Source: a virus | Reading direction: 5' to 3' (one strand) | Virus record (IMG/VR): IMGVR_UViG_3300026288_000005 | Location: 1-50,124 of that record | DNA: 50,124 nucleotides | Shown here: positions 1 to 9,229 of the stretch, piece by piece | Position numbering within the stretch: position 1 is the stretch's first letter | Layout: each line of letters starts with the position of its first letter | The notes under the pieces: model-generated | Databases searched by the model: none | What the model was told of the DNA's origin: nothing | What the model saw: only the letters and a program-made list of their open reading frames with translations | Translations under genes and position numbers: made by a program

Positions 1-1
1 C

Positions 2-868
2 AACGACGCTCACAACATCCCCGGCGTCACCTTCACCACGCACCAGGCGCCCGCTATGTGGATCGACTTTGACAACGGACCGCGACGCACCAGTGAGCGC
101 GTCGGCGCTCTAGGGCGCGGTCACGACATGCCGCCAGAAACACCATTCCAGTACTTATCACTGCCGTCGCCCTGGCTTGACGCCAGCGATCCTACGCAAG
201 TGCGGGAAGTGGCGAAATGGGCCAAACACCACAAATCGAAACTTATCATTATAGACAACCTGAGCCTGATTAGCGGCGACACGGACGAAAACAGTGGACA
301 AATGTCTCAGGTGCTGTCCAAGTTGCGCTGGCTGTCCGAGGAAACACAGAGCGCCGTCATCGTCATCCACCACCAACGCAAATCGAACGGTGCTGCCGCT
401 GCCGCCGGCGTCCCCAAAAGTGAATCTTTACGCGGCCATTCCAGCATCAACGCCATGCTCGACATGGCGCTCCTGGTCGAACGCAATGGCCGTGAAGATG
501 CCGTGCTAATCACGCCAACCAAAGTCAGAGATTATCAGGACTTCGAGTCGTTCGGCGCACTCTGGACATTCGAGCATGTTCCTGGAACCAAACAGCTTGC
601 GTCTGGCCGCTTCTGGTCGAAGCCGGTCGCCAACACCGAGGAGGCGGTCAATATCGCTATCCGGGCGCACATCAAAAATGAATTGCGCGGCAAGGGCTGG
701 ATGGCAGCGAAGGACATTCGCGACCTCGTCCGCGACCGCATGGCCGCCAAGCCAGGGGGCAAAGCGCCGGGAATCAACAAGATCAACGGACTTATGCGCG
801 AAATGGCTGAGGATGGAACGCTGCGCAGACAGGGCGGAACGCGCGATTTGGAGTACGCACTGCTATGA
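2..868 (+). CDS. RecA-like AAA_25/RepA-type replicative helicase, 5'-truncated by the window, with probable C-terminal winged helix
   Basis: Frame open from base 2; Walker B-like LIIIDNL, VIVIHHQRK and LRGHSSINAMLD motifs typical of this family; primase nearby. Confidence 0.8.
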   Translation, partial: NDAHNIPGVTFTTHQAPAMWIDFDNGPRRTSERVGALGRGHDMPPETPFQYLSLPSPWLDASDPTQVREVAKWAKHHKSKLIIIDNLSLISGDTDENSGQMSQVLSKLRWLSEETQSAVIVIHHQRKSNGAAAAAGVPKSESLRGHSSINAMLDMALLVERNGREDAVLITPTKVRDYQDFESFGALWTFEHVPGTKQLASGRFWSKPVANTEEAVNIAIRAHIKNELRGKGWMAAKDIRDLVRDRMAAKPGGKAPGINKINGLMREMAEDGTLRRQGGTRDLEYALL

Positions 869-894
869 AAATTCCTACCCAGGTTCACATAACA

Positions 895-1092
895 TTATCA
901 CGGCTTTTATCACGGGGGGGGGTGTTTTTTGGGGGGGGCCGTGTAAATGATCGGTCACTTCTTCACGGGATTGTCACGGCTGACTACAGATATGGCGATT
1001 TATTTGCACGTCTTCTTCACGGCTTCTTCACGGGCGCAACCATTCATTTGCACGGGGCACACACACTATATAGGTGTGTGCCCGTGTAAATG
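895..1092. repeat. Cluster of (T/G)CACGG repeats plus an inverted repeat; candidate replication origin
   Basis: TTATCACGG x2, TTCTTCACGG x3, TTGTCACGG, TTGCACGG, two reverse copies CCGTGTAAATG; imperfect palindrome 1045-1092. Confidence 0.6.
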
Positions 1093-1139
1093 GTCATGGG
1101 AATGATCGTGAAGATTGAAATTGTTGAGATGGGGGAGAT

Positions 1140-1343
1140 ATGGGCGGGACGGATTTGATTGGCGATTACGTGGTTCTGTACAGCGATATTCAGGACGCCT
1201 ATCACGTCGAGCGGCGGGATCAATACAGCGAAAGGGGCAAAACGAACGGCAACTGGCTGGTTGTTGACCAGGCCGGCAGTTACGTCGAAGGTCTTCTGCT
1301 GGCAGGCGAGCGCCGGCAGGCCGGGAAGGATAAGCCGCGATGA
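1140..1343 (+). CDS. hypothetical protein
   Basis: GGAG upstream; stop overlaps the primase start (ATGA). Confidence 0.55.
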   Translation: MGGTDLIGDYVVLYSDIQDAYHVERRDQYSERGKTNGNWLVVDQAGSYVEGLLLAGERRQAGKDKPR

Positions 1344-2605
1344 CCAGTATGCCTATCGCCCTGGGGGGCGGACACCAGAAACGCAGTTGGCAGGGAAACC
1401 GCACGCCTCCGCCAGCCGACCCCGCCGCGGCCCAGGCCCGTGCGCAGCTCGTCGAATCCGCCCGCGCCGCCGACCTCGTGCAACTGGCGGGCCGCTACAC
1501 CCAACTGCGGCGCAAGGCGACGGGCGAATACGAGGGGCCGTGCCCCAAGTGCGGCGGGCATGACCGCTTCACGGTTGACGCCAAGGGCTGGTTCTGCCGC
1601 ACGTGCCGGCCCTACGACCAGGCGCACGGCTGGTTTGGCCCGATCGATTTTGTCATGTGGATCACCGGCCTCGACTTCAAGGGGGCCGTGGGTTTTCTCA
1701 CAGGAGCGCAGATGAGCAACGCAGCAGCGACACGCCCGGCGGCCCCTGCGCAGCCGGAGCGCAGCGAGCCGACGGACGAATGGCGGGCCGAGGCGGAGGC
1801 GGTCGTCAAGGCGGCGCAATGGAACCTGTGGAACGGTTCGTTCAATGGCGAGAAGTATCTGGAAGGCCGCGGCCTGGAACCGCTGACCTGGCAGGCTTTC
1901 GGCTGGGGACAGGCAGACTACAAGGGGCGTGCGGCCATCGTCATGCCGTGGTATCGGGCAGGCAAACTCAATGCCATCCGCTACCGCTACCTGGAGCCGA
2001 CGCCCGAAGGTCAACGGCTGATTGCCCATCCTGGCAGCAAGTTCGGCGGCGTCCTCTACGGCGGGCAGGTGCTGGAACCCGGCGCGGAAGATCGCCGCAC
2101 GCTGGTTCTGTGCGAGGGCGAAATCAACGCCGCCTCCATCTGGCAGGCAGCGCATGAAAGCCGCCTCGACGTGTTGAGCCTTGGCAGCGAATCGGCCAAG
2201 CTCACCGACGCCATGCTCGCCCACGCCGAGAAGTACCGCCACATCATAGTCTGGATGGACAAACGAGACGTGGCGCTCAAACTGCGGGAGAAACTGCCCG
2301 CCCGCACCGTCGCCGTGTCGTCACCCCTGCGCGCCGGGCCAGACGGCAAAGAGGTCAAGTGGGACGCCAACGACATGCTACGCGCCGGCAAGTTGGGCGC
2401 GTTCCTCACCGCCGTGCGCGTCAAGGCGTGCGGGGAGGATGGGGCGCTGCGCGAGGGGCTGCTTTGGGATATTTGGGATATGGCCCGCCATCCGCTTGGG
2501 ATAGACGCGGGGACCGGCGCGGCGGTGCTCAAGCTGGCCGCGGAATTGGGCCGCGACGTGAAGTTGTACGAGTGCCCCGATGGGGCGTGGAGGGCTGGAC
2601 TGTGA
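1340..2605 (+). CDS. DNA primase (Zn finger + TOPRIM-like domain)
   Basis: GPCPKCGGHDRF...WFCRTC Zn finger; YLEGRGL; LVLCEGEINA; WMD; KWDANDML. Confidence 0.85.
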   Translation: MTSMPIALGGGHQKRSWQGNRTPPPADPAAAQARAQLVESARAADLVQLAGRYTQLRRKATGEYEGPCPKCGGHDRFTVDAKGWFCRTCRPYDQAHGWFGPIDFVMWITGLDFKGAVGFLTGAQMSNAAATRPAAPAQPERSEPTDEWRAEAEAVVKAAQWNLWNGSFNGEKYLEGRGLEPLTWQAFGWGQADYKGRAAIVMPWYRAGKLNAIRYRYLEPTPEGQRLIAHPGSKFGGVLYGGQVLEPGAEDRRTLVLCEGEINAASIWQAAHESRLDVLSLGSESAKLTDAMLAHAEKYRHIIVWMDKRDVALKLREKLPARTVAVSSPLRAGPDGKEVKWDANDMLRAGKLGAFLTAVRVKACGEDGALREGLLWDIWDMARHPLGIDAGTGAAVLKLAAELGRDVKLYECPDGAWRAGL

Positions 2606-3228
2606 CCACCACCATCTTCCTGCACGACCGCAAAACCCTGCGCGTATCCTTCCCCTATGCTCCGGCCAGTGTAGCGGCAATCAAGGAGATTGGCGAAGCG
2701 CGCTGGCATCCTGAGTCCCGCACCTGGCGCGTGCCCCTGGAGCGCCTGGACGCGCTGCTGTCTGTCTTTGGCGACAGCGCCGCGGTTGCGCCGGAAGTCG
2801 TCATGGCCGCCGAAGCAGAGCAACAGGAAGTAGTCGAGCCGCGCCGGCCCGCCACGCCGGAACAGCGGCTGCAATTCTTCATGGATACGCTGGTGTGGGC
2901 CGGCGTCTCCCTGCGCGTCGAAGGCCCACGCGTCCAAGGCTCCGGCGGTTGCTGGACGCCCATCCTGCAAGCGGAAATCGACAAGCGCGCCGCCCAGTTG
3001 CGCCGGCTGCTCGAAGGCGGCTGGCAGGCCCCGCAGGCCGCCCCGCCGCCCGCCGCCGCGCCGGAACCGGCCAGCTACGACCTGATCACGCACCTGGATC
3101 GTGTCATCGCCAAAGGCGAACAAAACGCCCGCATCGCCGCAGAGAAAGAGGCCGGTTACAAGGAAGCTGCCCGGCGCAAGCGGTTCGATACCATGCGGCA
3201 GGCGAGCCTGTTGGAGGTGGAGGCGTAA
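2602..3228 (+). CDS. hypothetical protein with HARP-like N-terminal domain
   Basis: GTGA overlap with primase stop; VSFPY...IKEIGEARWHPESRTWRVP resembles HARP-like domains. Confidence 0.55.
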   Translation: MTTTIFLHDRKTLRVSFPYAPASVAAIKEIGEARWHPESRTWRVPLERLDALLSVFGDSAAVAPEVVMAAEAEQQEVVEPRRPATPEQRLQFFMDTLVWAGVSLRVEGPRVQGSGGCWTPILQAEIDKRAAQLRRLLEGGWQAPQAAPPPAAAPEPASYDLITHLDRVIAKGEQNARIAAEKEAGYKEAARRKRFDTMRQASLLEVEA

Positions 3229-3437
3229 TGGCAGGCAACACGAAATGCTACCGCGTGACGGTAGGCGAGGACGGCGCGCTGGTGGCGACGATGGTCGATT
3301 TTTCGCCGCGCTTTGCCGACAACCTCGACAACGCGCTGATGCGGCTGCGCCAGCGTGACATCCTCCAGCCGCCGCACGTGAAGTTTGGCGACTGGCCGGC
3401 GCTGCTTGAGGCGTGGGCAGCGGGGCGGGGGGCATAA
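3228..3437 (+). CDS. hypothetical protein
   Basis: TAATG coupling; GGAGG upstream. Confidence 0.55.
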   Translation: MAGNTKCYRVTVGEDGALVATMVDFSPRFADNLDNALMRLRQRDILQPPHVKFGDWPALLEAWAAGRGA

Positions 3438-3962
3438 ATGGGCATCAGCGAACGCGAGTATCAAGAATGGCTGCGCCGCAACGACCAGCTGCACGTGCGC
3501 GACGATGGCCGTCCGCGCGGCCCGGCGCACCAGCCGCACGCCGCCTACCGGCTGACCGAGGCTGCGCACCCCGCGCCCACCGAACACGAGGAGCAGGTGG
3601 CGCTGTTTGAGTGGGCGGATGCGCAGGTGATTGCGCTGCCAGAATTGATGACGCTCTTTGCCATTCCCAACGGCGGCGCAAGACATCCCGCCGTCGCCGC
3701 GCAGATGAAAGCCGAAGGTCTGCGCGCCGGTGTGCCTGACATCTTCCTGCCGGCCATGCGCCGCGGTGAGGACGGGCGCACCTGGGGGGGCTTGTTTGTC
3801 GAGATGAAGCGCGCCGACAAATCCAATGGCCCCACGCCTGAGCAGCGCGAATGGATCGCCGCCCTGCGCGAGAGCGGCTATATGTGCGTCGTAGCCTACG
3901 GCGCCGACGAAGCTATTCAAACCATCACCCATTATCTGAGCCTGGAAGGAGGCTACGCATGA
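3438..3962 (+). CDS. VRR-NUC domain nuclease (PD-(D/E)XK)
   Basis: EHEEQ..LFAIPNGG..GLRAGVPDIFL..LFVEMK..EQREW. Confidence 0.88.
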   Translation: MGISEREYQEWLRRNDQLHVRDDGRPRGPAHQPHAAYRLTEAAHPAPTEHEEQVALFEWADAQVIALPELMTLFAIPNGGARHPAVAAQMKAEGLRAGVPDIFLPAMRRGEDGRTWGGLFVEMKRADKSNGPTPEQREWIAALRESGYMCVVAYGADEAIQTITHYLSLEGGYA

Positions 3963-4285
3963 ACGAACTGATCCTCACCGCCGCCGGATTCGCCGCCGGA
4001 GCGGCCCTGACCGCCGTCGTGGCGGCGGCCCGCCTGCGCCAACTGAGCGCCGTGCGCGACGCCTGGGGCCGCAACTGGCGCGTCGAGTGTCGCCGCCACG
4101 ACGCGACCCTGCGCGACCTGCGCCAGTTGCAGGACCGCGAGGCGCTGGCCGCCGCCAACATCCTGCAACTGTCGCACGCCCTGCAGGACGCCACGGCGCA
4201 GGCTGCGCAGGCCAGGGGCGCAGGCGCACCCGTCGCTCTGGGCGCTGATCCGCAGGCGACGCTGGCGCGGTTCAGCCGCAACTAG
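3959..4285 (+). CDS. membrane-anchored coiled-coil hypothetical protein
   Basis: ATGA overlap, AGGAGG SD, N-terminal hydrophobic helix. Confidence 0.6.
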   Translation: MNELILTAAGFAAGAALTAVVAAARLRQLSAVRDAWGRNWRVECRRHDATLRDLRQLQDREALAAANILQLSHALQDATAQAAQARGAGAPVALGADPQATLARFSRN

Positions 4286-4288
4286 CCC

Positions 4289-4552
4289 ATGCACGCAGCG
4301 CCCCCACGCCGCCGCCGAAGCGTAGCCAGGCGGGAGCCGCTCGAACCGGAGGTTGCCTACCGCGGCCTGGTGGCCGCCACCATCCTGCGGGCGCTGCGTG
4401 ACCTGCGCCTCCCCGCCTGGCGCTACGATGCGCAATGGTGGCTGGCGGGAGAGGGCAGGGAGTGGGGGGAGTTGATCGATGTCGATGTGGCATTGCTTGC
4501 AGCAAGATACGGACGAAAGGACAAGAGACATGGCAACCGAAAAGACATTTGA
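4289..4552 (+). CDS. hypothetical protein
   Basis: Fills operon gap; YRGLVAATILRALRDL...AQWWL pattern. Confidence 0.5.
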   Translation: MHAAPPRRRRSVARREPLEPEVAYRGLVAATILRALRDLRLPAWRYDAQWWLAGEGREWGELIDVDVALLAARYGRKDKRHGNRKDI

Positions 4553-5060
4553 CCGGGCGGACTTGTTGCGGTTCTTCCACGAAACGGAAGACGCCGCCCT
4601 GGTGGGCAAGTTCGCCGTCATCTACCCGCCTACGCCGCAACAACTGGCCTTCGACCAGGACGCAACGCAGGGCGAAACCACCCGCTACGGCGTAGCCGCC
4701 GAAACCGTGGCCCTCTACTGCGAACGCTACAGTTTCAGCGTCGTTCTCCACTCCGTCAACATCCCCCATGCCGGACGGGCCGCGCTGCCCAAGCATCACC
4801 CGCTGCGCGACCTTGCCGAGACCCGCCGCACATTCACCCGCTACGGCGGTACGTCAGCGCAGCTTGTGCGCTGGGCCGCCGAGCTCGCCGACGAATGGAA
4901 GGCCGAGGTGCAGTATGCGCTGCCTGAAAGCGCCATCGACCTGCGCAGGCGCAGGGACGATCCAGGCGGCGCAGACGACCGCGCGCCGACCGGCGAAACG
5001 ATTGACGACGTGCTGGCGCAGCACGGCGGGGATGAGGACGAAAGCGAGGCGACGGAATGA
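4530..5060 (+). CDS. hypothetical protein
   Basis: Operon continuity, stop overlaps next start. Confidence 0.6.
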   Translation: MATEKTFDRADLLRFFHETEDAALVGKFAVIYPPTPQQLAFDQDATQGETTRYGVAAETVALYCERYSFSVVLHSVNIPHAGRAALPKHHPLRDLAETRRTFTRYGGTSAQLVRWAAELADEWKAEVQYALPESAIDLRRRRDDPGGADDRAPTGETIDDVLAQHGGDEDESEATE

Positions 5061-5629
5061 CAGTACCCGTAACACTTGTTACACGCGATGCGACACTGGA
5101 CGATCTCGCCCTAACCGACTATCGGGATATGGTGCAGGAGCTGCGCGGCAGCCTGTCCCTGGAAAAGCTCATTGCTGAGATCGGCAGCCAGTACAGCAAA
5201 CCGCTATGGGCCAAGGTCGAGAAGGGAGAGGTCGCTCCCAACCGTAACCAACGTAACGAATTGCGGCGCTACTACAAAATGCCCCTGCTGCCGCCCACAG
5301 TAGCCGAAGCGACCGCAGCCGCTTCGCCAGACGCCGCGGTCTGGCAGGTCGGCGCAGGCCCAGCGGAGCATGTAATCATGGTTACGACCGTGCGCCCCAT
5401 TACCCTGCACGTCAACGGCGCTGTGAGTGTCGTGAGCGAAGCGCCGGAGAGCCGCCAAAACGCCCATGTAACCGAGGTTACACGCCCGCCAGCGGCCCGC
5501 AGGCACTACGCCCGCCCAACAGCGACAGAGACGCAACAGAGACGGCGTGAGGCGCTTGGCGCAAACTGGCGGGCTGTCATTGATGCAGGGCTGGCGGCGT
5601 TGGAGCGGGAACAGGCGGTGCGACCATGA
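5057..5629 (+). CDS. hypothetical protein, possible XRE-like HTH at N-terminus
   Basis: LRGSLSLEKLIAEIG..SKPLWAKVEKGE pattern; ATGA overlaps at both ends. Confidence 0.5.
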   Translation: MTVPVTLVTRDATLDDLALTDYRDMVQELRGSLSLEKLIAEIGSQYSKPLWAKVEKGEVAPNRNQRNELRRYYKMPLLPPTVAEATAAASPDAAVWQVGAGPAEHVIMVTTVRPITLHVNGAVSVVSEAPESRQNAHVTEVTRPPAARRHYARPTATETQQRRREALGANWRAVIDAGLAALEREQAVRP

Positions 5630-5889
5630 CAACCCCCTGGCGGCACGGCGACGCCCTGTTCGCCAACCCCAAGCGCAAGCCCGCCACACCGTCAGACTGG
5701 CGGCCACCTACCGCCCTGCCCTTCGTGCGCGTCGGGCGCGGCGAACTGACCTGCGTAAGCTGCGGCGAAACCTTTGGCGCTTCCAGGCCGGTCACTGGCG
5801 AGGCGACGTTCTGCTGGCGTTGCGGCGGCAAGGATGGTGTGCCGACCGTGAGCTACCTGCGCGAGGGCGAATACGAGGAGGCGCGCTGA
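5626..5889 (+). CDS. small zinc-ribbon protein
   Basis: CVSC...CWRC pairs. Confidence 0.6.
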   Translation: MTTPWRHGDALFANPKRKPATPSDWRPPTALPFVRVGRGELTCVSCGETFGASRPVTGEATFCWRCGGKDGVPTVSYLREGEYEEAR

Positions 5890-6314
5890 TGCCAACGCAG
5901 ACACATTATTTCCAGGCAGACGTGATCCGGGCCGCGCAGAGCGACGGCAGCCTGACCGGCCTCTACTGGTTCGTCGAGGCCGAATACCCCAAGCGCCTCG
6001 TGCCGCCCGGCGTCAAGCGCCGCCAGCCGGCCATGTGGCCCATGGGCTTCATCCCCTGCATCCCAGCCGGCCCAGATGCCGAAGAACAGCAGGCGTGGGC
6101 CGAACTGCTGGCGGGCCTGTTCGAGGCTGGCAACAAGGGCCGGGGCATTGCCTTTAAGCCCACGCTGACCACCACCGGCTTGCTGGCGGGCCTGAGTTGG
6201 TACGAGTGGGGCGAGCCTGTCGGCTGCGAAGTGGACTACATCTGTCCCACGTGCGGGCAGGTGCAGACGGTCCCCGTAGGCGTCAGGCCCCGGTGCGAGT
6301 GCTATGAGTGGTAG
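5889..6314 (+). CDS. hypothetical protein with C-terminal Cys cluster
   Basis: TGATG coupling, GAGGAGG SD, CPTC...CEC. Confidence 0.6.
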   Translation: MPTQTHYFQADVIRAAQSDGSLTGLYWFVEAEYPKRLVPPGVKRRQPAMWPMGFIPCIPAGPDAEEQQAWAELLAGLFEAGNKGRGIAFKPTLTTTGLLAGLSWYEWGEPVGCEVDYICPTCGQVQTVPVGVRPRCECYEW

Positions 6315-6425
6315 TTAACGCGGCAGGTGCGGACAGGCGTAGAAAGCGCCCACCCGCACCCTGAACCAAACTCGGCGGTGTGCGCGCAGAGCCCGGCCTG
6401 GCAACAGTCTATCAGGCCCGCAGCG

Positions 6426-6453
6426 CACCCGCCAACCAGCGGGTGTTTTTGTT
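6426..6453 (+). terminator. intrinsic terminator
   Basis: CACCCGC-caacca-GCGGGTG followed by TTTTTGTT. Confidence 0.7.
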
Positions 6454-6514
6454 GGGAAAGGGAGGCAATTATGCAAAAGCCGTGCGCGAGGAGTGGTTGG
6501 AGGAGTGGTAGAGC

Positions 6515-7348
6515 ATGGCCAAAATCCGCCCGCTGACCGCCGACCAAATCGAGCGCCTCGCAGAGCGCCAAACCGATGCGCTCCAGGCGCCGCCGCGCAC
6601 CGTTGGCAGCGTCCTGGTCAGCCTGCTCGTGGCCGGCGTCGGCGGCGTGGCCGTGGCCGCGTTCGTGTTCCTGGTCCTGTCCAGCTTAGGAGCGCCCGGC
6701 TACGTCCTTCTGGAGTGGTCCGGGCGCGCCGGGCTGGGAGCCGCCTGTCTGTACCTCGCCGCCTGGTCGCTGCCGCTGGGCAAGGCCGCCAGCCTGCGCT
6801 GGTGGATGGAGGCGCGGCGCGAGGTGCATGAACACGAGTTCCGCAAGTTGGAGGCGTACAGGGAGATTGTGGCCCTGAAAGCCGCCCACGCAGCGGAGGT
6901 CGCAGACCTGCGGGCGGCGCTGGCGGAACTGCGCGGCACAAACAAGGTGCTGCGCTCAGAGAAGAAGATCATCACTGAGCGGCAGCAGAACCCTCGCTGG
7001 ACCCCGCGCAGCAAGGTCGATCCGGAGACGCGCAAGAACGCCGAAACGATTTTGCAGCACTGGTTCACCACCTTGCGCACCGACGCCAAGGGCAGCGAGC
7101 GCGGCGAGTGGTGGAGCCGTCCCAAGGCGACGTCAGCGGGGTGGACCAAGGCCCAGCATGAAGACGCCGCGCAGTTGCTGGAAGACGCCGAACTGACCGG
7201 GCAAAACGGCCTGTTGCCGTTCGTTCTGCCCGACGTGCGCAGCCTCGCCGATGCCCTGCACCGTCTCGACGCCTACTGCAACGAGGCGCAGCAAGAGCCG
7301 GCCATGCCGGGCCAAAGCATAAGTTATGTCGAACTGGATGAAGCGTAA
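6515..7348 (+). CDS. 2-TM membrane protein with coiled coil and soluble C-terminal domain
   Basis: GGAGGAG SD; two hydrophobic segments then a charged helix. Confidence 0.7.
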   Translation: MAKIRPLTADQIERLAERQTDALQAPPRTVGSVLVSLLVAGVGGVAVAAFVFLVLSSLGAPGYVLLEWSGRAGLGAACLYLAAWSLPLGKAASLRWWMEARREVHEHEFRKLEAYREIVALKAAHAAEVADLRAALAELRGTNKVLRSEKKIITERQQNPRWTPRSKVDPETRKNAETILQHWFTTLRTDAKGSERGEWWSRPKATSAGWTKAQHEDAAQLLEDAELTGQNGLLPFVLPDVRSLADALHRLDAYCNEAQQEPAMPGQSISYVELDEA

Positions 7349-7352
7349 AAAC

Positions 7353-7406
7353 ACTTGCCACTTGTCCGGCAAGTGGGCAAGTCCAGAGGTAGCAAGTCGC
7401 ACAAGC
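7353..7406. repeat. ACTTG/CAAGT short inverted and direct repeats
   Basis: ACTTGCCACTTGTCCGGCAAGTGGGCAAGT...AGCAAGT...ACAAG; G10 run follows at 7422-7431. Confidence 0.5.
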
Positions 7407-7432
7407 GCAACGTGGGGCAGTGGGGGGGGGGT

Positions 7433-7927
7433 ATGGACGCACAGACAATCGCAATCACAATCGACCTGGTTGGTTGGGGCCTGTGGGCGTTCCTGACCCG
7501 CCAGTTGACCGCCGATGAGGCGGAGGCGTGGATCACGGTGGACTACTACATCAGCACCCTCCTGTTGGCGCTGTCCACCCTCTGCACCGTCGCCGGCGCG
7601 TTCCTCTCGCAGCCGGAGGCGTTCGCCAGCATCGCCGTGCCCGCCGCGCTGCTGGCGCTGGCCGCCCTCATCATCCGCAACCTGCGCGGCGGCGCACGCA
7701 CGCTCAGGATGCAGTACACGTCCGACGCCCAAGCAGCGCCCCGGCCCAAGCCCGCCGCCAAGCCCGCCAAGCCCGCCAGGCCCGCAGGTGACGGCTGGCA
7801 GACCATGACCGCGCCCCCGCCCGCCAGCGGTTCGGCGCGCCGCCCGGCCCCCGCGCAGTCGCAGCAGGGAACCATCTTTGACGACCCGCTTATCAGGGAC
7901 ATCGAGTCCCGGAGGATGACCGCATGA
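7433..7927 (+). CDS. 3-TM membrane protein with Pro/Ala-rich tail
   Basis: Three hydrophobic segments; stop overlaps next start. Confidence 0.65.
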   Translation: MDAQTIAITIDLVGWGLWAFLTRQLTADEAEAWITVDYYISTLLLALSTLCTVAGAFLSQPEAFASIAVPAALLALAALIIRNLRGGARTLRMQYTSDAQAAPRPKPAAKPAKPARPAGDGWQTMTAPPPASGSARRPAPAQSQQGTIFDDPLIRDIESRRMTA

Positions 7928-8502
7928 ACCCATTTCGCCGTGAAGAGTACGAAGAACGCCAGTACCCCGTCAGTGGCCGCAACCTGCGCGGCTACAAAGG
8001 CGCGTTCGAGCGCGCCGGCTTCCCAGCGCAGGTCACGCCGGGGAACGCACCCGGCCTCTACATCATCGTCGTCACCCTGCCGGCGTCCATGCCGCAGGAG
8101 ATCGACCCCTACCAGTTGCCGCCGCGCCGCCGTGCGTGGGGGCGATGGGACGCCGCCGCGGTCCTGCGGGGCGTCGCCTACGCCGCCATCGCCTTCGCCG
8201 TGACCTGGACCGCCTGGCAGATGTTCGCCCCAGCCGCCGCCCCAACGCTGGCAGGCGTGCCGGTGGAGGTCGGCGGCATGGCGCTCGACGGGGCCGCAGA
8301 CGGGGCGCAGGACGGCGGTTGGCTCCAATCCATCCGCTGGCCCTGGCAGGATGCGCAGGACAGCGCACAGGAGACGGCAGGCGCAGTGCAGGACGCCGCC
8401 GGCGCGGTCATGGCAGCGGCGACGGCTGCCATGTGGGTGTTTGGGTTTGTGGCAGTCCTGGGGGCGTTGTGGTTCGTGCGTGGCATTTTCAATCGGAGGT
8501 GA
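7924..8502 (+). CDS. 2-TM membrane protein
   Basis: GGAGG SD; two hydrophobic segments. Confidence 0.65.
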   Translation: MNPFRREEYEERQYPVSGRNLRGYKGAFERAGFPAQVTPGNAPGLYIIVVTLPASMPQEIDPYQLPPRRRAWGRWDAAAVLRGVAYAAIAFAVTWTAWQMFAPAAAPTLAGVPVEVGGMALDGAADGAQDGGWLQSIRWPWQDAQDSAQETAGAVQDAAGAVMAAATAAMWVFGFVAVLGALWFVRGIFNRR

Positions 8503-8504
8503 CT

Positions 8505-9047
8505 GTGAGCTTCATTGAGGCGTTTGTACGCGCCCTGATATTCGGCGCGGCTGGGTTCGTTTCCGTGTGGATTATCGGGACGGTCGCTGAGACGACGCAG
8601 GTCATGCAACTTGCCAGCATCAGCGCCGAGACGACGCAAACCCTGTTCATCCAGCAACAGGAGACGATCCGCTTTCTGGCGCAGGTCAACGGCGAAACCA
8701 CCCGCGCCGCCTTGTCCGCGCAGACGAGCCAGGTCTGGGCGCGCGAAGCAGGCGACGCGGTCCGCACCGTCGCCGCTTTGCTGGCCGCCGCCGTCGTCGC
8801 CTCCGTGCTGGGCTGGCAGGGGTTCAAAACCGCCCGCCACTGGCTGACCGAGCGCAACCGGGAGCGCGCCATCCTGCTCATGTTCGGGCGCGAGTTGCTC
8901 CCCGACGCTGACCCGCGCAGCATCCGCGTGGAGCGCGTCGAGGGCCGCCTTATGCTGCGCGACTACGCCACGCGCCGGCAGTGGGGCGTGCCAGCGGCGC
9001 AAGCGGCGCTGGCCGAGCGGGGGCTGCTGACCGTCGTTACAGAGTAG
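8505..9047 (+). CDS. 2-TM membrane protein
   Basis: GGAGGT SD before GTG; two hydrophobic segments. Confidence 0.65.
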   Translation: MSFIEAFVRALIFGAAGFVSVWIIGTVAETTQVMQLASISAETTQTLFIQQQETIRFLAQVNGETTRAALSAQTSQVWAREAGDAVRTVAALLAAAVVASVLGWQGFKTARHWLTERNRERAILLMFGRELLPDADPRSIRVERVEGRLMLRDYATRRQWGVPAAQAALAERGLLTVVTE

Positions 9048-9229
9048 CTTTTAAGCCTCGGCCTCATAGGCTGGGGCATCTTCACTCTTGCATCGTCCTA
9101 TGCCCCAGCCATGCACCGGAACATTGATGCTAATCAGTCAAGACTTGTATTTCGTACAATAATAGCCGAAGGCCGGCAATACCAAGTAGCGCACTAAATA
9201 GCTATGCGGCCGAGACCAGTGTTTCAGTC

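Noticed and set aside
895..1092. Short repeats as a mini-CRISPR array
   Set aside because: Repeats only 6-10 bp, irregularly spaced, in both orientations; no cas genes
7422..7431. G10 tract as a phase-variation switch
   Set aside because: Lies just before the likely ATG rather than within a supported CDS; no evidence of length variation from one sequence
9069..9110. GGCTGGGGCAT..ATGCCCCAGCC inverted repeat as an IS end
   Set aside because: No transposase or partner end; more likely a terminator-like hairpin between convergent genes
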